A stretch of DNA of 64,000 nucleotides, from positions 10,602,001-10,666,000 of the forward strand of contig OZ024743.1 of NCBI GenBank assembly GCA_964016885.1, in the 5' to 3' direction. A model generated the notes under the pieces. The model saw only the letters and a program-made list of their open reading frames with translations, did no database searches and was not told where the DNA came from. Both the position numbers and the translations under genes were made by a program. This document shows, piece by piece, positions 21,620 to 36,049 of the stretch; the first letter of the stretch is position 1, and each line of letters opens with the position of its first letter. Origin of the DNA: Eledone cirrhosa. Its lineage: Eukaryota.

Positions 21620-23620
21620 AGGAAAAGCTGCCAAATAATCAGGGATAGTTGCTGAAATGCTAAAAACATCTACCAAAGTAGGGCCTAAGCTAGTGACTTG
21701 CATAGTCAATCAGCTAATACAGATGGTTTCATACACAATGACTGGTATAGCAGAATAATCATTAATTGCTATGAGGGAAAAGATGATATTCTAGAAAGAA
21801 GTAGACAAAGAGGCATTAAACTGATGGATCAAGTTATTGTGGTAACAAAAAGAGTTTGAGCAAAATTAATCAGGAAAATAATTAGAACAGATGTGATGCA
21901 GTTTGGATTTGTGCCAACATGGAATATCACTAATGCCTTCTTCTTAGTGAGACTATGACAAGAAAAGTTCTTAGCTAAGTATAATCTGCTATATTTAGCT
22001 TCTGTTGATCTGGCAGAAGCCTTTGACAGAGTGCCATAATCTGACTTTAAGAAAACTTGGGGTAGATGAAGATCTGATGATATCAGATGTTATTAGCAAA
22101 GGGATGGCAGAGGTGGGGAGCAATATGTTTAAATGTTTAGTGAGGAATTCAATGTGCAGCTGGGTTTTTATCATGGCAAAGCTTTCATATCATTTCTGTT
22201 TTTTATAGTTTTCTAGGCTTTAACAAATGAGTTTATGACCAGCTCTCAGTATGAGATTCACTATGCTGATGATGCAGCAAAATCTGTGTAAGATATAGGC
22301 AACAAATTCCTAATATGGAAAAATCATCAGTATCATTATTTAATATCAGTTTTCCATGTGAACAAGAGCTGGAAGGGTTGTCAAAAATCAAGTCAGAGCA
22401 GCTGACTACTTAGACAGACCAGCATATCAGTCGCATATGTTCCCACACACTACAGGGTGAACCCAATTTATTTTATTGTGGTAACAGCACTACGGATGTT
22501 GTTGTGTCTTTGATACAGCTGAAGAGTGCTGCTAACCATTTGTTTGGCAGGATGATACAGTTGAATGCACTTTCTATTATTAACCACTTTACAATGTGTA
22601 TAGTGTGTGTTTATCACATTATCAAAACTAGATATGATGCTGTACCCTCGATACAAATAGAATCTTTTTTACCCTTTTGGGACATAGTGTTTATGGCTGC
22701 ATGCCCTTCCTATCACCAATTACCTTGCAGGGTGCACTGGGTGTACTAGAAAGTTTACCATGCTATGATGTAAAATTGAAATACCTCAATGCAAACTTAG
22801 TAAAGACCAAATTTTAAAGAAAAGAACAACCTGTTGCCATCAAGGAAATGGTGATGTTCAATTTGTTGAAAAGAAACAGGATGAAACACCACACAGTAAA
22901 CTTTGAGTGCACATGAGATGCCAAAAGATCATATGTAAGTTAACAGAGAAAAGATATTTTATGAAACAGATGCATAGACTTAGCTAGTAGTATGATCACT
23001 AGTGAAATAAACCTTTCCAACCATAGAAAGGCACGATAGAAGTTTATATCTTCTGATACCAAGGTTATTTAATTAGCTATGAAAGTGAATGTTGTGAAAG
23101 TATAGTATCCAGTATAAGAAATAGTTCAGGGAGCTGGCAAGAAAGGAGTTCTCTTTATAGATGATAGGTAAATTGTATGATGTTTGTGTATGAAGTGTGA
23201 TATTACATGCTTAGCGAGACTTGGGCATTAAATGCAGAAGATGCACAAAGATTAGAGAGAAATTAAATTTGCTTTCTCTGCTGGTTATGTAACATTAGCG
23301 TGCATGAACGATGAAGCACAGGTGGAAAATCTGGATATAAGAGAATTCATATGCAGTGTGCAAGAGAAAAGATTGTGTTGGTATGGATACATGATGCATA
23401 TGGATGATGATTAAAGGGTGAAAAGTGAACTCCAGCTAGAAGTTGACTGTTGAAGAAGAGCAAAAAACCTTGGCAGAAGTAATGAGAGCTGATCTGAAGA
23501 TAATGATCTTCACAGAGGAGATGGCAAAGGAATGTAACAGGAGTGGGGAAGCTGTGCTGGAGAAAACACATCCAACCCTTCCAAGCATGGAAAGGCAGAT
23601 GTGCAAATGATGATGATGAT
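21620..23620 (+). mobile_element. Degenerate RTE ORF2 (RT to 3' tail), interrupted at ~22323-22780 by an inverted RTE-tailed element
   Basis: GIKLMDQV, MQFGFVP, AFDRVP, YADD (22262), RLCWYG-like motif and CATCCAACCCTTCCAAGCATGG...(ATG)n tail. Confidence 0.8.
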
Positions 23621-24129
23621 ATACTTATGTTTGTGTTTCTATCTTTTTTAATTGCCTTAATATATTCTTGTGTTTCTACAACTTAAATGGAAACAAAATC
23701 ACAAAATTATTTCCCACCTTGTAAGTATTGTTTTTTCCACATTAATGTTTAACATTGGAAATTTGCCATGAGTGGATTGACATCAATTTTGTTATTATCA
23801 ACCCTTTCTTACTGATAGTGGTTTTAAAGCTAAAAATCAATTTATTTGCTAATAGCTACATAAATAAACAAATATTTTCATCATCATCATCATCATTTTT
23901 ACATCCAGTTTTTCAATGTTTGCATGGGACAGGATGAACATTTTATGACAGTTTTATTATGCCTGGATACCCATGCTTATGCCAACCTATGACTTATTAT
24001 TTTTTTAAATTATATTATATATCACTAATCATTTGGGAAAACTGCTATGCTGCAGAATGCATTGTTTATGGAAGATATACATAATGTCAGTCCTTGCTTT
24101 TTATAAATTGTGTTGATATGACATTTTTG

Positions 24130-24620
24130 TTTTCAAGTCTGGAACTTCTTCCCTAGTTCTTCTACAGTTGCTGCTGTGAGAAAGAGTTCAGGTGATCCCA
24201 CAGACAAACAGTGTCAAAGACCTCTATTATAGCTTGGAAAACTATAATAAACAGGAGGGGGCTAAGAACTAATTCTTGTTTAACTCCAGCCAGCACACTA
24301 AATTCATTGCTATACTCATTGTTAATCCTCACATTGTTGACTGCACCACTGTGCATGGCTTCTAAAACCCTCATAAGCTGTTTATCTATCCCTGGTTTCC
24401 TTAGCTCCTACCACATTACAAAGAATGGAATTCAGTAAAAGGCATTTTCTAGGTCAACTAATGCTAGATATGGGAACTTATTTGTAGTTAAGTACTTCTC
24501 ACTTAGAAGATGGCATCAATAAAGTTTCTATCCAACATAAAGCCAAATTGCATCGCATCAAGATTAATTCTGTTCCCAATTTTACTATCACTTTTGCTAT
24601 ACCGTCTGCACAATAGTGAA
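24130..24620 (-). mobile_element. RTE RT fragment
   Basis: MQFGFM; GVKQELVLSPLLFIIVFQAI in ORF 24162..24374. Confidence 0.8.
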
Positions 24621-24779
24621 TCAACATTTTTATGTGAATAGGGCACGTGGGAAAACCATCTTTTTGAAAGGTGGGGACAACAGAATGGAAGGTGGTAGAA
24701 AGGGGTAGGGAGGATGGCATACAACGAATATGGAGCATGTCATGGGAAATAGTGGAGTTGACTGGGAAGGGAAACAAGC

Positions 24780-25047
24780 AACAGTGGTTGGTGATAAGAA
24801 GGGCATCCAGCTGTAGAAAGCTTGCCAAACAAAGGGTTTGGAGAACCCTCAGTTGTGTCAAAGCATGAAACCTCCCCTGTGCACTCAGTAAAAGGTGAGA
24901 CCATACATAAATGAGATAACAGATCCCTGGCTTGTCTGAGAGATCAGTAGCCACCACTTCAGAACTGACTTCGTCTATGTAGACCCATCCAACCCTTGCT
25001 AACAAAAAAAGCAGATGTTAAAACTATGATGACAATGATGATGATGA
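24780..25047 (+). mobile_element. RTE-tailed non-autonomous element fragment
   Basis: GTGGTTGGTGATAAGAAGGGCATCCAGCTGTAGAAA body; CCATCCAACCCTTGCTA...(ATG)n tail. Confidence 0.65.
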
Positions 25048-28000
25048 ACTGGGAAAACAGATGATGCTTAGCTTTGTTTGAATTTCCCATCATATATGAC
25101 TTCCATGCCAAACAACCCGATAGAACTGAAGATGTGTTTTGGGATATGAGGAGAAATGAAGTAATCATAAGTGTGCATAAATTGAAGTGGTGGTGGTGGG
25201 GAGATAGTGATCCTGAGAGAGAGGGGAAGTCATGTATTGTAAGTTAAAGAAAGAAAGAAAAGCACACGCATACATATATATGCACAATATAGATTATATA
25301 TGTAAGTACTTATTTGTATATTATGTTACATATAGTATATATAAGGAGAGAGAAGAAGGGAGGCGCAAGAGAGTGGATGGAAGGAGATAGGAGGAAGGAA
25401 TGTGTGTATGAGAGAGAGAGAAGGGGGGGGGGAGACTACAGAGAGAGTGAGAAAGAAAGATGGTTATCATGCTGCCTAGAAAAGATTTATTTAGTCTATG
25501 TTATCTTTATTCTCATAGACATAAAAATATAGTTAATTGAGATTCCCAGAGTTATCCTTCAAGGGTTTGTTGGAAAATTTGATTAAAATTGAGGAAAAAA
25601 ATAAACAATATTCTATCAAATATGATGAAGTAAAAGATAGCTACAAATCATTTTAATGCTTTAAATATGCCATAAAATTCAACTGTTGCATTCATCCAAC
25701 AAACCTATTTAAATTATCTGGCACTCTCTGAGAAAACAACACCAGCAAAATAAATGCCATTAAAAGTATGTGTACCACATTTACCTTTTCTTATCTTCAA
25801 CAGTAAATATTTATAGTCAAACAATTGATTTGTGGGCAAAGATGCAATGAAAGCTATAACCCTTATATATACTTGGAAGATAACTAAAAGTTTCTCTTAG
25901 TACATTGTAGCAAACATGTGCATAGTTGAAGAGAACATCATTCTGACATAAATCAGTCAAGTGTGTCAAATGATAAAGTCACTATCATCCATCAATGTGA
26001 CCAGACCTAACGTTAACCCACTCATCACTCTAACTTACAACTTTTCTCAACTAACCTGAATTTTATATTGTTCGTGAGTAGACAGCATTCAATGTTGTAG
26101 TTTTCTTTCCTTATGTTCTTAACATAGAAATAACTGCATTTTTCTTACTCACTACAATATGCACATGTGTGCCATTATCTACTTTCTCTTTAAGTCAGAC
26201 TATCTTTCAAACATGTTTATTCTGCATAATACCCATCTAACATTTCTAATGAGATGGAGCCAGCAAGAAATGCTCACCTCCTACAATGTCTTAAATCTCT
26301 TTCCTTCTTATATGATCACTATTATAGAATTAAAAGAAGCATTAGTGCCAGATAATGCCTTGAAGTATTTATACCTGCTCCTTGCATCTATATCTTTCAT
26401 CCTTCCAGACTGAATAAATTAAATATCAATATAGGGCAATGACCTAATGGAGTCATTAGTATGCTGGATAGGATGCCTTGTGGTATTTGTTTTAGCTTTT
26501 TGTGTACTGAGTTCAAATCCTGCTATGAGCTATCAAGATGCTGACATAACTAATTATGTGTTTAGCATAGTCTACTCTGTTGCACGCATTCAGGCTAGAT
26601 TTCTAGTTTAAGGACACCTTCGTTCATCCCACCTATTAGACTTAGACTCGTGAAAAGAGCCATAGGCACTGCACTTCCATCTTATTAAGCAATTAAAAAA
26701 ATACAAAACCAGATTCCATAAAAATCTATGCTTTCAAACACCAGGACATTTCCGTTCTTACTAACATCAGTAAACCAACATTCATACCATTCCTGCAAAT
26801 ATTCTTGCTCACAGGCTTTGTTTATAATCAAACACCTGTTTTGGAAGTGACTGAACATTTGATAATTAGGGGGCTATTTTGTGTGTTATCTGGTTGGATG
26901 TGTAGTAAAAACACCATGCCATAACAATATTTCATTACGTGTCTAACATCAGCTTAGTAGTTTTTGTGAACTAACTGTAGTATTTTATGACCCTAAAGAG
27001 GAAGAAAAGTTATTGAGATGCAGCCTTTGCTAATGTTAAGGACCTAAGGAAATGAACCAACATTATAGCATGTCATCTATTCTTAAACAATACACAATTT
27101 AAATTACAAAATGCCTCTCAGAATTTCTATGATCATAGATTCAAAGCTGCTTCTGAAAGATAAGACAGGATACCATGTTGTAACCATTTTAAAAATCATA
27201 AATACGTCTTAGCCTTAATGGCTGTTTCCAGGATCAATTGTCCACACTCTCTCACATCCTCCAATAATGACTCACTATTGAAGAATGACTCACCTCTGTC
27301 TCATCTTAGATGAGATCTAAAAAGACACTGCTATTTTACTTTGTACTGACATACAAAAAGTAGTTAATGAGATGCAAATAAATGTTATCACAGTTGAAGA
27401 TGTTCTTTGTCATTGAATCCCTATAGTACTCTGTTCTTTTCAAGATTTGACCTGCTCCAGTGAAAATTTCTCATGTCTCCCTTTCTAATCCATTTCAAGC
27501 ATTAAAAAATCCTTTTCATACTAAAAATATCTTTAAAATCTTTCTTCTCCAGACCTACATCACTGTATAACTACCTCTTTGGTTATATTTTCTTCCATCT
27601 ACAATTATATAATGGTTAACATTTAAAATCAAACCATCAATCCATGCTCATTTGTTAGCCACATACCTGTCTTACTTAAACCTACTTAATGTAGCTCCTT
27701 CTACTGTACCTCACTCTTTAGACATATTACTAAATATTTTTTTTAGGTTTTTCAATGTTCAAGACAGCAACAGTTTAAATGCCTTACAGTTATATATTTT
27801 CCACATAAAACAACCAGAAATTTAAATTAAACAGATGCATCAATCTGACTACACATAACGAACTCAGAATGGCTGTCAGCATTGCACTTTTTACTCAAAA
27901 TAAACAATACAAAATTTATCCTAATTCACAAAGCTTGCAAGGTATAAAAGGATTCTACTCTTGCCATCTGTACAAAATATATCAGTAAAAAAGCTTATGA

Positions 28001-29300
28001 GGTGCATACATTTTCATAATACCAATCCAAGATAACCTATGTTATTATATTTCTTTAAGCTTGTAGAAAACAAAGCCAAATAAACAAAATATTTTTTTAT
28101 CAGACTTTATTTATTAGTTAATAGTAGCCATTAATTAGCTTCTATTCAGATTATTTTTATACATCATATTACAGTGCTATTACTTGGAGAGTGATGCCCT
28201 AAAATATAACAAAACAAGAATCCATTGATGCCTGAACTCATAGATATATAATTAGGTAATGCAATGAGGGTTCCAATGTTGTCAAACTGAGGAGTGGTAT
28301 TGAGGAAAACCTGTCATTACTTAAAAAGTGTTATTCATAACAACCAAATCTATGATCCCTAACAACCAAATCCAACTCTTGGTGTTCTCATGCAGATAAG
28401 TTTCTATTTGGGGTGAAGTTGTTTCAGTTTGACAAGATAAGGAGAGAAGACAAGTTGTGCTACTCAAAAAAACCACCAGTGATTTGGATAGATTGAATTG
28501 TCATTGGTGGAAAGCATTTCATCTAAAAAGATTAAACTCTGATTTCAAATGTCTACCATATCCACAGATGGAAAAGGGCTTTGAGAGTAGACCCTGAGAA
28601 CAAATCTGGAGCTGTAGTCTTTAAGGCAATCTAATGTTTAGCAACTTCATTCTAGCATCTTCTTCACTGCCATTGGAACCAAGCAGTCTTGGTCTTGTGT
28701 TGGATAACATCAGGGGCATGGGGTGGAGAACTTGCTGCATAGGCAATTTCTGGTCTTCCTTTCAAACATACAACCATACATCTTTACCTAGGCATGTACC
28801 CTGGAGAAAATACTCCCTCATCTACTCCAGTAAAGTGCTAAATTGGCAGAAACTTAGCAAACTGGCAGTGACATTGGCAGCATCAAATAGAATGCCTTGC
28901 AATACTTATTTTGATTCTCTCTGCTCTGAGTTCAGATACTACCTAAGTCAACCTTAGCCATTTTGGGTCAGTAAATAAAGTACCAGTCAAGGATGGGGGA
29001 ATGATAAATTTATTAAGAGTGTCAGACAATATCTTTTCTGGCTCTTTGCATTCTGACAGCAAAGCCTGAAATGACATGAGTGCTAAGCTTTACAAGCTTT
29101 TGACTTTCCCTAGGACAACATTGGTGGTTTGAAGATGAGCAGCTGCTGATCTTCCATGGAGAACTTTGCTTAGGCCTGTGCTTTTGAAATAAATTTTACA
29201 GGTTTACATATGTCTCACAAAACATACAAAAACCCCAGGAAATATAATAATGAAAATAATAGTTTAAAAGCATCATCATAATCATTATTATTTTAATATA

Positions 29301-29766
29301 TGTTGTTTTGTTTTGTTTAACTCAAACAGATCTATGGTCAAAGTCATTCCAGCCATGACGACCCCATTTTAATTTCAGACACAGTATATGTAAGAATACA
29401 TAATCCAATGCATCCTTTTATTTTGAGATCAGGGCAAATGAGTAAATGGAAGTTCTTATTTTGCTTATTTAATATAATTATATTTTCATGCTGGCTTGTG
29501 TTGGGTATGTCTATTGTGCAGTATATTGCCTCTTGTCAAAATCTAAGTCAACTCCAACCACTTAAAGAGCATCTATATGGTCACAAAATCTGCTAGATAA
29601 AACAGGTTGAATACTCCTCTAAACACATCTTATTATCTTGAAGTACAAATAAAACATTGAATATTGTAGCACGATACAGTGTATAAAATAAGATAAAATA
29701 GTCATGGCTGGAATACGTGTATCATATCATTAGTTGATCAGAGCTGACATAGGACTAAACAACAAC
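29301..29766. repeat. Inverted pair of an interspersed repeat with (AAC)n ends facing outward
   Basis: ATTCCAGCCATGAC (29346) versus GTCATGGCTGGAAT (29701); related single copies near 11800-11930 and 53600-53765. Confidence 0.6.
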
Positions 29767-29794
29767 AGTTGGGTCATCTCTTTTGAAGCATCTA

Positions 29795-29987
29795 CGAGGT
29801 GGGTGCTGAAAAGTTTCTGGCTTTGGGTAAAAGAAAATACAAGAGGATCAGTTAATTAAGATGTTGTTCAGCATATTCCCCTCTCAGATTCAAACACTTA
29901 TTGCAGCAATCCAACTTCCTCTGTAAAGGTAACAACGCTATCCTTGTATGATACCCTTAAAGCCAGGAGCATTTTAGCACCCCCTTG
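29795..29987. mobile_element. mariner-type MITE (193 bp) with TA TSD
   Basis: ~30-bp TIRs CGAGGTGGGTGCTGAAAAGTTTCTGGCTTT / AAAGCCAGGAGCATTTTAGCACCCCCTTG, with TA on both sides. Confidence 0.85.
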
Positions 29988-31498
29988 TAGATAGGAGGTC
30001 ATATGTTTATTTATCTTAGACAAAGATCTTCTGTGCTGATTTTCATGTATTCCTTAGCTCTCATCTGCCAGTGTCAGAGCACCATAGATTTTGACCCATA
30101 ATAATAATGATGATGATGATGATGATGAAAACTGCAATAATTCTAATATCACTAGTCAAATATATACTTTGCAGCAACACAACTTAAATATAAATAATAT
30201 TTCTTTGCAATAAATTAATTCATGGCTCATTAATTCATCTGAAATTTCCATAACAATCTATACCACGTGGGGGCTTTCTCAAACGTCCTCTCATGTATAA
30301 CAAAAGATAATAAAATCACTTGTACTGAGATAGAAATTTTGTATAAAATATGACTGTCCCAATAATAACACCCAGCTACATGCTGCTTATTACCATAGAG
30401 TGTTCTACTATCTTCTTCAATCAGTATATTGATTTTAGGCACCTATAATTTTCCAATTCCATCTAGTGTGCAGCTAAAAACAATTGTAAACTGTTAGCTA
30501 GCTATCAGTGTGTTGCACACTAAGATAAAGTATACTTAAAGATCATTTTATAATATAAATATCTTATGTAAAATGATAGTGTATTTTCTTTAGAGATAAT
30601 GTAGAAAATGTGAAGTGTACAGAAAAAGTAAAAACTACAGCAGAGATTCAATACTAACATACCATGTATATATATAACTATATAATTAATTTGCCTCTTT
30701 ATTAACCTAAGGACTTTGTTATCTCTGCAACATAATTTAACTCTGTAATTTTGAGCTCAAAACTTCTTACCATCTTACACACATCATTCAATTTTTTTAA
30801 AATAATCTTACCTACTCTGCTTTCCTTCACAAACCTGAATTATGACCTTCTACCAATCATCTAAGGACATTTCCTGGTTTCTCTTTTTATTTACTATATA
30901 GATTTTAGATCAATGAGGACATTTTAGATGAATGCACAAACTTTATATATGGATGAAAAGAAAAAGACTTTAGCTAAAACTTGTTAAAAAAACTCCAAGG
31001 TTCATATTATCTTCCCTTCATCCAAATTTGTCTGTAGTCAGCTCTTTGATTTGATTTTATTTATTAGCTCCATTTCTACACTTACTGATTTACAAGAATT
31101 TTCTTTTAATTGTATACTTTGAATGCCTTCTTTTTCTATATTTAGATGAATCAAGACCTTAACAAGAATCTACGTACTTTTCTTGTCTTTTCTATTTTCA
31201 AAGGGTCTTCATTGTACTTTCATATTCTTTCTCAGAAATAATTGTATTATGTAAATATATAAGAATATAAAGAATATGATCAGAATGTTAAATAAAGTTT
31301 TTAACTTTAGAAGTTTTATGTTAAATGAAAAATGTTAGGTAAGTTTACTAATGTAAAAATATAGCTGCAATTTCCCTGGTGTTTTTGAATCTGCTCCATT
31401 TTATGTGTCCAACTCTCTTCAGTGTCTGAAACTTTTAGTCAATTTCATTTGTCAATTATTTTGGTATTATAGAATAAACTATTTCATTTGTCATTTAT

Positions 31499-31640
31499 AT
31501 GGATAGGATGGAGGAAGTTTATAGAGCTACTCCCACTGCTGACAACAAAAGACTGCATTGGTATGGACATGGGAAGAGCATGGATGATCAAAGGGTGAAG
31601 AAGTACGAGGAAATCCCAGTGGAAGGAAGCTGCAGTAGAG
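31499..31640 (+). mobile_element. Internally deleted RTE fragment
   Basis: IGWRKFIELLPLLTTK joined directly to RLHWYGH; the intervening ~230 bp seen in other copies is missing. Confidence 0.7.
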
Positions 31641-32691
31641 ATTTTGGACATTGTGTGCTAGTTATCATAGACATCAGAAAGTTTATAGTGCTATGGGGGT
31701 GGTGATAGACTTCTCTCTCGATTATTCTACACACATAGTAATCCAATGAATTCAGGTCTGGTGAGCAAGGAGACCTTCTGTATGGGGTGAGATGATTGTG
31801 GAGAATATAACGCATCCATTCTTTGGTCATCTTGGCCTTATGATATGATACAGATTATTGCTGGAAGGTGTATGGTCTTCTTTTGTTCATGCTCTCTATC
31901 CAAAGCCTCACAACCCTCTCCAACACCGCCTTATAGTCAGCAGCATTGATTCTTAAGTTCTAAGGAAAGACATGAGGAGGCATGGCACCTCCCTCATTGC
32001 TCACAACTCGCAGAACCATCAGAGTTGACGGAAATTTTGTGTGCATAACTTTTGTAATGTCTTTAGGGTCTCTACATAGCCATCTGTCATTCCTTTAGTT
32101 CACCTTTTTGGTCCCAATAAGAATTTTTCTCATCAGAGAAAAACCAAAGCACTCCAGGTTCTTGATGTTTCAACTTCCTCAACAACAACTTTGCACAGAT
32201 CAGACAGTTATTTTTTGTCTTTACAGGCATGAATTCTCCTTTCCCCATAACATATGACCTGTGTCAAAGGTCCTCATGCACAATTCTTCCGAAAATGTAC
32301 CTTGAAATAGTGAGCTCCTTAGCAATGTCACTAATTGACTTTCTGAGGTTCTTATTGATAATTGTTTGCATCTTTCAAATGAATTCGGGTGTTCTGATGG
32401 TATCAGGACCCTTGGCAGACATTTTACATTTGGCTACTGTTGTAGAATCCCCATCAATAGCTTCCAGCTCTTTGCAAATTTTGACAACAAACGACCATGC
32501 AAATTTAAACAAGCAAGTAATCTTTAATTCTCTATGCTCTGCCTTATAGCAATGATTACAGTGTATCCTTTCATTTTCTGCATTAGCTTCATGCCTGTCA
32601 TCAGTAATCTGAAAAGAAATGATAATCAGAACAAGTTAAGAAATCGTTAAAGCTAATAAAAGATGTATCCTCAAAGAACTGAGCAGCCCTG
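31640..32691 (-). mobile_element. maT-family (DD37D) Tc1/mariner transposon, decayed, one end lost
   Basis: WFFSDEK; FQQ(D>stop) followed by exactly 37 residues to the D of SPDLNSLDYY; candidate ATG near 32601; terminus TA|CAGGGCTGCTC at 32691. Confidence 0.85.
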
Positions 32692-35600
32692 TATATTATT
32701 GTGCAAATAAAAATGAGTATTTTAATATTTAAACAATCACTTATGACAATCAACAATTTTAAGTCTTCACACACAATTGCCGCAAGGTGATAAATTAAGG
32801 AAGAAAATTAATGAGGTGATTCGTTGGACTCCCTTCTCTGCTTACAGTTATGCACTCTGATTCATTGTAAAATGAACTTCTTGCAATTTCTGTTTATCAT
32901 TCTTTCTTCCTCTGTTTAATGTTTCCATTTAGCAGCACCTCTGCTTCCAAGGCTAATCTATTTGACATCTGAATTGCTTTCAAATCTATTTTTAACTCGA
33001 CCAGATTTACTTCTATCAATGCAAAGCCTTAGTATATTCTCCTATGGAAATGTGGCAATCTGTTAATGTTAAACAAACCAAAAATCATTTCAATGTATAA
33101 ATCATTTTACCACTTTTGCTGAACGACTTCCAGCAACATACACAAGGACGTAGCCACTCTAGTTTAAGCTCAATGAAGCATTATATTCTCTACATTGCCA
33201 AAACAATATCAGGAAGACTTAACTTTTCCTTGCAAGTATAAAAATAATTCAGCTCTAATCATTTGCTGATTCTTTACAAAGTAGAATACTCTATGTTCAA
33301 TCCCTGCAATCCTAGAATATATTGAAAATAGAATAGCCATCCAACTGATCAATAAGATTTTTAATAGGATATATTGAGCACTCATCACATTGCCATGCTA
33401 TGTTCTTTCTGTGCCTCTTCTAACATTGCTAAAATAGATTCTATTCTTTAGAACTAGTTAGATGTGCTCTTTCTCTCATTGAACACACATGTTGTACCCA
33501 CCTCTTTATTTCTCTTATGTGTGTAAACAGAAATAGAATTAGGTATTCATTTCAACTGAAAATGGCACCTTTAACCCCTGAATATTGACAAACCAATGAA
33601 TAGAAGCATGCACTTTTTAACATATTTTTCCAGCTTGCCTTTAATTTATCCCCATTTTTTTTCCATACAAGATTTATACTAACAAGAGTGATAAGCAAAT
33701 GTTTCCAGGCAATAGAAGCAGCTTTTTAAACATTATAAAATTCTTCAAAATGATGTAAAATTTATTGAATATTAATTTAAATTTTTATATATTTAATATT
33801 ACTATACAAAATAGAACCAAGAACAAATTATAATATAACAATCAAGTGAGAATAAATCTTCTTTCATTGCCCTAACCACAAATTAGCTGTGAATATGATC
33901 TTTCTATCTCTTAGAGTATTATGCTATAAAACAAAAATAATTTTCACAAGTTGTTAGAAAGATTACTATAAATTTTATACAAATTCAAACATTATTAAAC
34001 CTTTTGTAATATGTGACAGCTGGCAATTAATCAAACCATATATTGTACAGCTTTTTTTCTTCCATCCCAAACTCATTGCATACTGGTTATAATACATCTA
34101 GTTACATGCATAATTATTTTATTTTTTTATTTTTTATTTTAGGAGATTGACTTGTTACAACATTTACATGCAAGGTTTTAATGTATAAATGAAATATTAT
34201 TATGCAGAAATTCCAATTCATTGAATAGACAGCTTGTTTGCTTCTTTATTGTCCATTTCTCAAACATAACAGAAGTGATGAAAAGAACAAATGATGAGCT
34301 GGCTATCAGTCATTTGAATAATCATTTTATTGATTGAATATTGAAAACTTTACAGCAACACAAAAGGAAATAATTCTCTGGCTATATTTTACCAAGGAAT
34401 GATCTTGTCATTTAAATCAACAAATTGAGCTATTTACTGAAACTAGAATGAAACTTGATAATGAAAACAAAAATAATAATAAAATTTATATAATAACTTA
34501 CAAACTCTTTTCAAACATTAAAAGTGGAAGATACAATCAGATAAGAATTAAATTTCCTCCTATTTAAAGTTGAAATAATTGGCAATCAGGACAAAATTAA
34601 TTTTCTTCTGCCATGAAAAATTATCTTTTACCTCATTTTACCTTTAATTTTCAACCTCATGAGGCAATTTGTTTTTATCAAAACAGTCTAGAGTGTATTT
34701 AATGGTTAACATGATGAACTTGTGGTTTATAGATCATTAGAAAAAGTTTCTTACTTTCCGTTCTTTATGTTAGGTAAATGATATGTACCAGCATCACTTT
34801 ATAATTTAATGATTAACATGGGCGAGTGAATCCAATTACAGAAACAATCTATTCTAAGGATTTTCTGGCTAATTTTATATTTTGACAGAATAACAACTTC
34901 ATGACAAAATTAGTCTAGCCAAACCAGAGATGTAAATGGGGAAAATAGCACCCCTGGCAAGTAGTGAAATTGCAACCCTGCCCAAACATCTGACACCTAC
35001 CTTTCAGATAACCATAATATCAGCCCAAAAATACTAATCGCATTCATTAAATTTTAATTAAAAATATTACAAGAAAATTACAGCTGCATCTTCCTTGCTT
35101 TTATTGATGCAAATTTGTCTATTATGTAGTCAAATTTACACTTTAATGGAAAGTGCTTCTATTGCAAATGGTGCCCCTCCCCTCCTTCAAGTGGTGTCTG
35201 TGGCATGTGAGCTAAACTTAATGGGGAAAAAAATATTATTTGAAACAGGGGATGGAAATGTAATCTTTAAAATTGGATGTGAATTTTTAGAAAAATATTT
35301 TACTAATATATATTTTCCTGCCTGGAATTCTTGAGGAACTGGGTTGATGCTTTTCCCATGGCCAACACTGGTGGCTTACTTAGTCTGGATGAACCCTGTA
35401 TCTCCATTACATTTATAGTTGGAGATGATGACTATAGGAGATTTAAAAGCCAGTAAAGAGGGTTCCTTGACTATATGTTTCCATATGGGCTGTCTTGTTG
35501 CTTGAATGCAGGTTACTTTGTTCACCATATTGAGCTCAACCTAGCTTGAGTCAATATCTCCTCAGTTCTGGAGCCAGTCTCTTTATTGTCCAGGGTTGAT

Positions 35601-36049
35601 GGGAAGTGGCCAAATGGTCTTTGCCACTGTGTACACGGTAGATGCCTCATTTAGGATGCCACGGTTAGCAACTATTTTGCTTCTTCCAAGATCCTGGATG
35701 CTGCAGTAGAAGTGAGGGTCAGTTTGTCTGAAGCCAGCCAGAAAAGATTCTAGTATACCAAAAATAATCAGAAATTATTTTTTCACTCAATGACATTCAA
35801 GACATTTGTGAGAGCTAGGCCACTGACAATGAAGTTCTTGTTGGCAGCTCTCCTTACTGATGTATTATTTTTTCTCCATTTTTTTTTCGTTTTTAATACA
35901 CTCCATTTGCATGTTAAATGCAAATCATATAATAAATATATCCTGTTTATTTTATATAAAAAATGTAGTTTATATTTGAAAATCATAGGCACTGTCTTTC
36001 ATTAAAAACAAGGTAATGAAAGGGGTTGTTAAAATTATGTCAGTTACTC

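Noticed and set aside
27294-27316. 23-nt minus-strand microexon containing an 8-bp palindrome, near two TGACTCA motifs
   Set aside because: Good donor but short pyrimidine tract and a non-triplet length; not distinguishable from chance.
32844-33058. Possible minus-strand exon (CAG|...|GTAAGC)
   Set aside because: Stops in all three frames and a weak acceptor.
35330-35750. Possible very old LINE 3' fragment on the minus strand
   Set aside because: Only a faint resemblance to RTE C-terminal motifs; too degenerate to call.
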